A stretch of DNA of 32,235 nucleotides from a virus. A program made the position numbers and the translations under genes. The stretch covers positions 1-32,235 of the IMG/VR virus record IMGVR_UViG_3300037317_000075. One strand, written 5' to 3'. Shown here piece by piece: positions 30,261 to 32,235 of the stretch. Every line of letters begins with the position of its first letter. Position 1 is the first letter of the stretch. The notes beneath the pieces are model-generated. The model was given only the letters and a program-made list of their open reading frames with translations. It had not been told where the DNA came from and ran no database searches.

Positions 30261-31384
30261 GAGCAAATCCTTTCCAATGCGCCTTCATGCGAAATGTCCA
30301 CCGTGCCATCCATCTTCACCAGCGCCGAGCAGTGGTCTGGCGTATCCTGCGCTATCCAAAGTGTACTGCCAGAGGCATACTGTGTGGAGTAGCGCCAGTG
30401 ATGCTCAGGATACCGAGCGTACAACTCGGCAGCGGCAGCACTGATGGGGTCATGATACCCATCGGTGTGCAAGTGCCCAATCAACCGGTCAGGGGTCAGA
30501 AAGTCAGTGCGATAGTCAGCAATGTGTAGTGTTCGGTGCCGATTCTCGCACCCGATGCATAACGGCATGAATGTGCGTTGGTTGGCTGCGCTCTGCTCCG
30601 TGTACCACGGTGGCGGCTTTACGCCCCAGCTGCCCCACAACCCGGCAGCGCTCACTTTCGCCGCCAGCTCCGCCAGACGCTCATATGCATAGGGATAGTA
30701 ACGCTTCATCAGCAGCAACTCGCCGGGGTGCCCGAAGGCACCACACAGACAATCTCCGCTGATACCGAGGCACTGCTTCACCGGGTTCAACGGCAGCGAC
30801 TCCTGCCGGTTGTACGCATCGCGCTGAGGGTTCCCCCACCAGAACAAGGGATTCACCCATACCGTAGCCCCCATGCGGCGTATTGGCGTATTCAGCCCCA
30901 TACGCCGCTGCGACTCCTGTTTTCGCACACCGGTCGAAAACATAATGCGGTCTTTGTGATGCTGCTTGTGGTCACGCACGTACCGCTCAACAGACCGGCC
31001 CTTTAGCCTGTCGTACATCTTCGGGTGCATCGCAGGCCCAGGGAACCCCCGTTCCATCACCAGTTTGTCATAGTCCTGGGGGTCAACGCGGCCATCCGCA
31101 TCGGTGTTTTCCAGCGCCCGGTAGAACACCAGTGGCCAGCGACGCTCTCGGCACACGTCATCCACAAACGTGTGTGTCTCTTTGATGGCGATTCCCGTAT
31201 CCAGATGCAGGCACTCCCACGGTATGGCGCGCCGTGTGGCCCATGTCGCCGTGATATGCGCCGTGGGCATACTATCAGGCCCGCCGCTCAGCAGGATAGC
31301 AACCCTGCTGGGTCTGTGCAAGTCGTATGCCCGGTCCAGGATAGTGTATGCCGCTGCAACCTGCTCCTCGTCAACGAACCCCAT
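30257..31384 (-). CDS. PAPS reductase / PP-loop ATP-pyrophosphatase family protein
   Basis: The PP-loop is VAILLSGGPDSM near the N-terminus of the 375-aa version, which starts at ATG 31384 with AAGGAG 10 nt upstream. The C-terminal half is cysteine-rich (CLGISGDCLCG, CIGCENRH). Confidence 0.65.
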   Translation of the reverse strand: MGFVDEEQVAAAYTILDRAYDLHRPSRVAILLSGGPDSMPTAHITATWATRRAIPWECLHLDTGIAIKETHTFVDDVCRERRWPLVFYRALENTDADGRVDPQDYDKLVMERGFPGPAMHPKMYDRLKGRSVERYVRDHKQHHKDRIMFSTGVRKQESQRRMGLNTPIRRMGATVWVNPLFWWGNPQRDAYNRQESLPLNPVKQCLGISGDCLCGAFGHPGELLLMKRYYPYAYERLAELAAKVSAAGLWGSWGVKPPPWYTEQSAANQRTFMPLCIGCENRHRTLHIADYRTDFLTPDRLIGHLHTDGYHDPISAAAAELYARYPEHHWRYSTQYASGSTLWIAQDTPDHCSALVKMDGTVDISHEGALERICS

Positions 31385-31445
31385 CGTGCATCTGCTCCTT
31401 TTTATTTCACCTTTGCATACATATGCGTAGAAAGAGGCCACCTGG

Positions 31446-31751
31446 CTACACATCCCCCAACGATGGCAGCGCCCCGACTCGGCGCAACCAGTGTTCAGCA
31501 TAGGCAATGTCCTCAGCGCGCCGCTTCGCTGCTGTCAGCGAGCGAAATACTTTGCCCACTCGATGCAAGTCAGTGGTCGCATGCATCAGTCGCGTTCGCT
31601 TTCCCGTCGCTGGATTGTGCATCACCACTTGCCACAGCGGATTCTGTTCGTCGAGCCCTATGTTACTCACATAGACCTCGACGCCAGGTGCACAAAACTG
31701 CGGGCGCAATGTGTGTTTGCGCTGATTCGTTCGGTCCCATCGACGTGTCAT
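31446..31751 (-). CDS. Hypothetical protein (101 aa)
   Basis: ATG at 31751 is preceded by GGAAGGGAGCGAC. Confidence 0.5.
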   Translation of the reverse strand: MTRRWDRTNQRKHTLRPQFCAPGVEVYVSNIGLDEQNPLWQVVMHNPATGKRTRLMHATTDLHRVGKVFRSLTAAKRRAEDIAYAEHWLRRVGALPSLGDV

Positions 31752-31798
31752 GCAATGTCGCTCCCTTCCTGTGACTCGGCCAGCGCTGTCGACGCCCC

Positions 31799-32235
31799 TC
31801 AACGCACCGTCAGCGGCATAATGTAGTGCTGCCTGTCCTGCTCGCCCGGTACACGGATGACCAGCGGCGAGGCGGGACATTGCAACTCAATGGACACCCA
31901 TGCCGTATCAAGTACCTCCAATGCATCCTGCAAGAACGCAGGGGCAACGTAGATGGTCATCTCCTCGCCCTGGATGCTCGCATCGACGCTGCCGGAGAAA
32001 TCTCCCATGTTGAGCGACACTACTTCGAGGGCGACCCGGCCTTCTATGTCCCCGACTGTGAGCTTCAGCATATTAGACACCAGCGCCGCCTGCCTTACCT
32101 GCGTGAGAAGCTCCGAGGTTGAGACAACAATGCTGGTCGCACAATGCGTGACCATATTAAACACCTTGTGATACTCTGGATAGACACCCGGCTGCGTTGG
32201 TGCAAGGAGTATCGTCGTGCTCGTTTTGAACCAGG
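31799..32235 (-). CDS. dnaN: DNA polymerase III beta sliding clamp-like protein, C-terminal part (5' end outside the window)
   Basis: The frame stays open upstream of the track start to the window edge (...GVYPEYHKVFN...). The YP.Y..V motif and the C-terminal SPLVIR....YIMPL.VR are clamp-like. Confidence 0.65.
   Translation of the reverse strand, partial: WFKTSTTILLAPTQPGVYPEYHKVFNMVTHCATSIVVSTSELLTQVRQAALVSNMLKLTVGDIEGRVALEVVSLNMGDFSGSVDASIQGEEMTIYVAPAFLQDALEVLDTAWVSIELQCPASPLVIRVPGEQDRQHYIMPLTVR

Overview
This is a GC-rich 32.2-kb segment of a tailed-phage genome or prophage. Almost everything is transcribed on the - strand; the exception is a short rightward operon at 23.5-26.4 kb. All functional calls come from motif recognition by eye, because no database search was possible.

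Left to right:
1. Virion genes: an HK97-type protease-capsid fusion, an initiator-type tRNA-Met, a tail fibre, a LamG protein, a Mu F-like head protein, a scaffold-like protein and the portal.
2. An accessory island (10.4-13.6 kb) wedged between portal and terminase. It holds a 5-repeat/4-spacer CRISPR array with 37-nt repeats. It also holds a duplicated 112-bp structured-RNA module (candidate tracrRNA plus an omega-RNA-like copy), each copy with its own extended -10 promoter. The island further encodes a 477-aa TnpB/Cas12f-like RuvC nuclease with intact catalytic and zinc-finger motifs, and a translationally coupled unknown 220-aa protein. Together this looks like a phage-borne miniature type V-like CRISPR system without adaptation genes.
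3. Small and large terminase and a ParB-domain DNA methyltransferase. The methyltransferase is preceded by a separate type I-E-like mini-array (29-nt repeat, 32-nt spacer, degenerate repeat) with no cas genes.
4. About 11 monocistronic early cassettes (17.6-23.4 kb). They share one promoter family (TTGAC-17 nt-TACAAT with a conserved CGAYAAACGAGG spacer), a conserved 5' UTR hairpin and GC-rich terminal hairpins.
5. A divergent rightward operon encoding a multi-HTH protein and a tandem-OB SSB-like protein.
6. A leftward replication/lysis block: a sliding-clamp fragment, a PAPS-reductase-family protein, membrane proteins, a holin-like protein and a two-domain endolysin.
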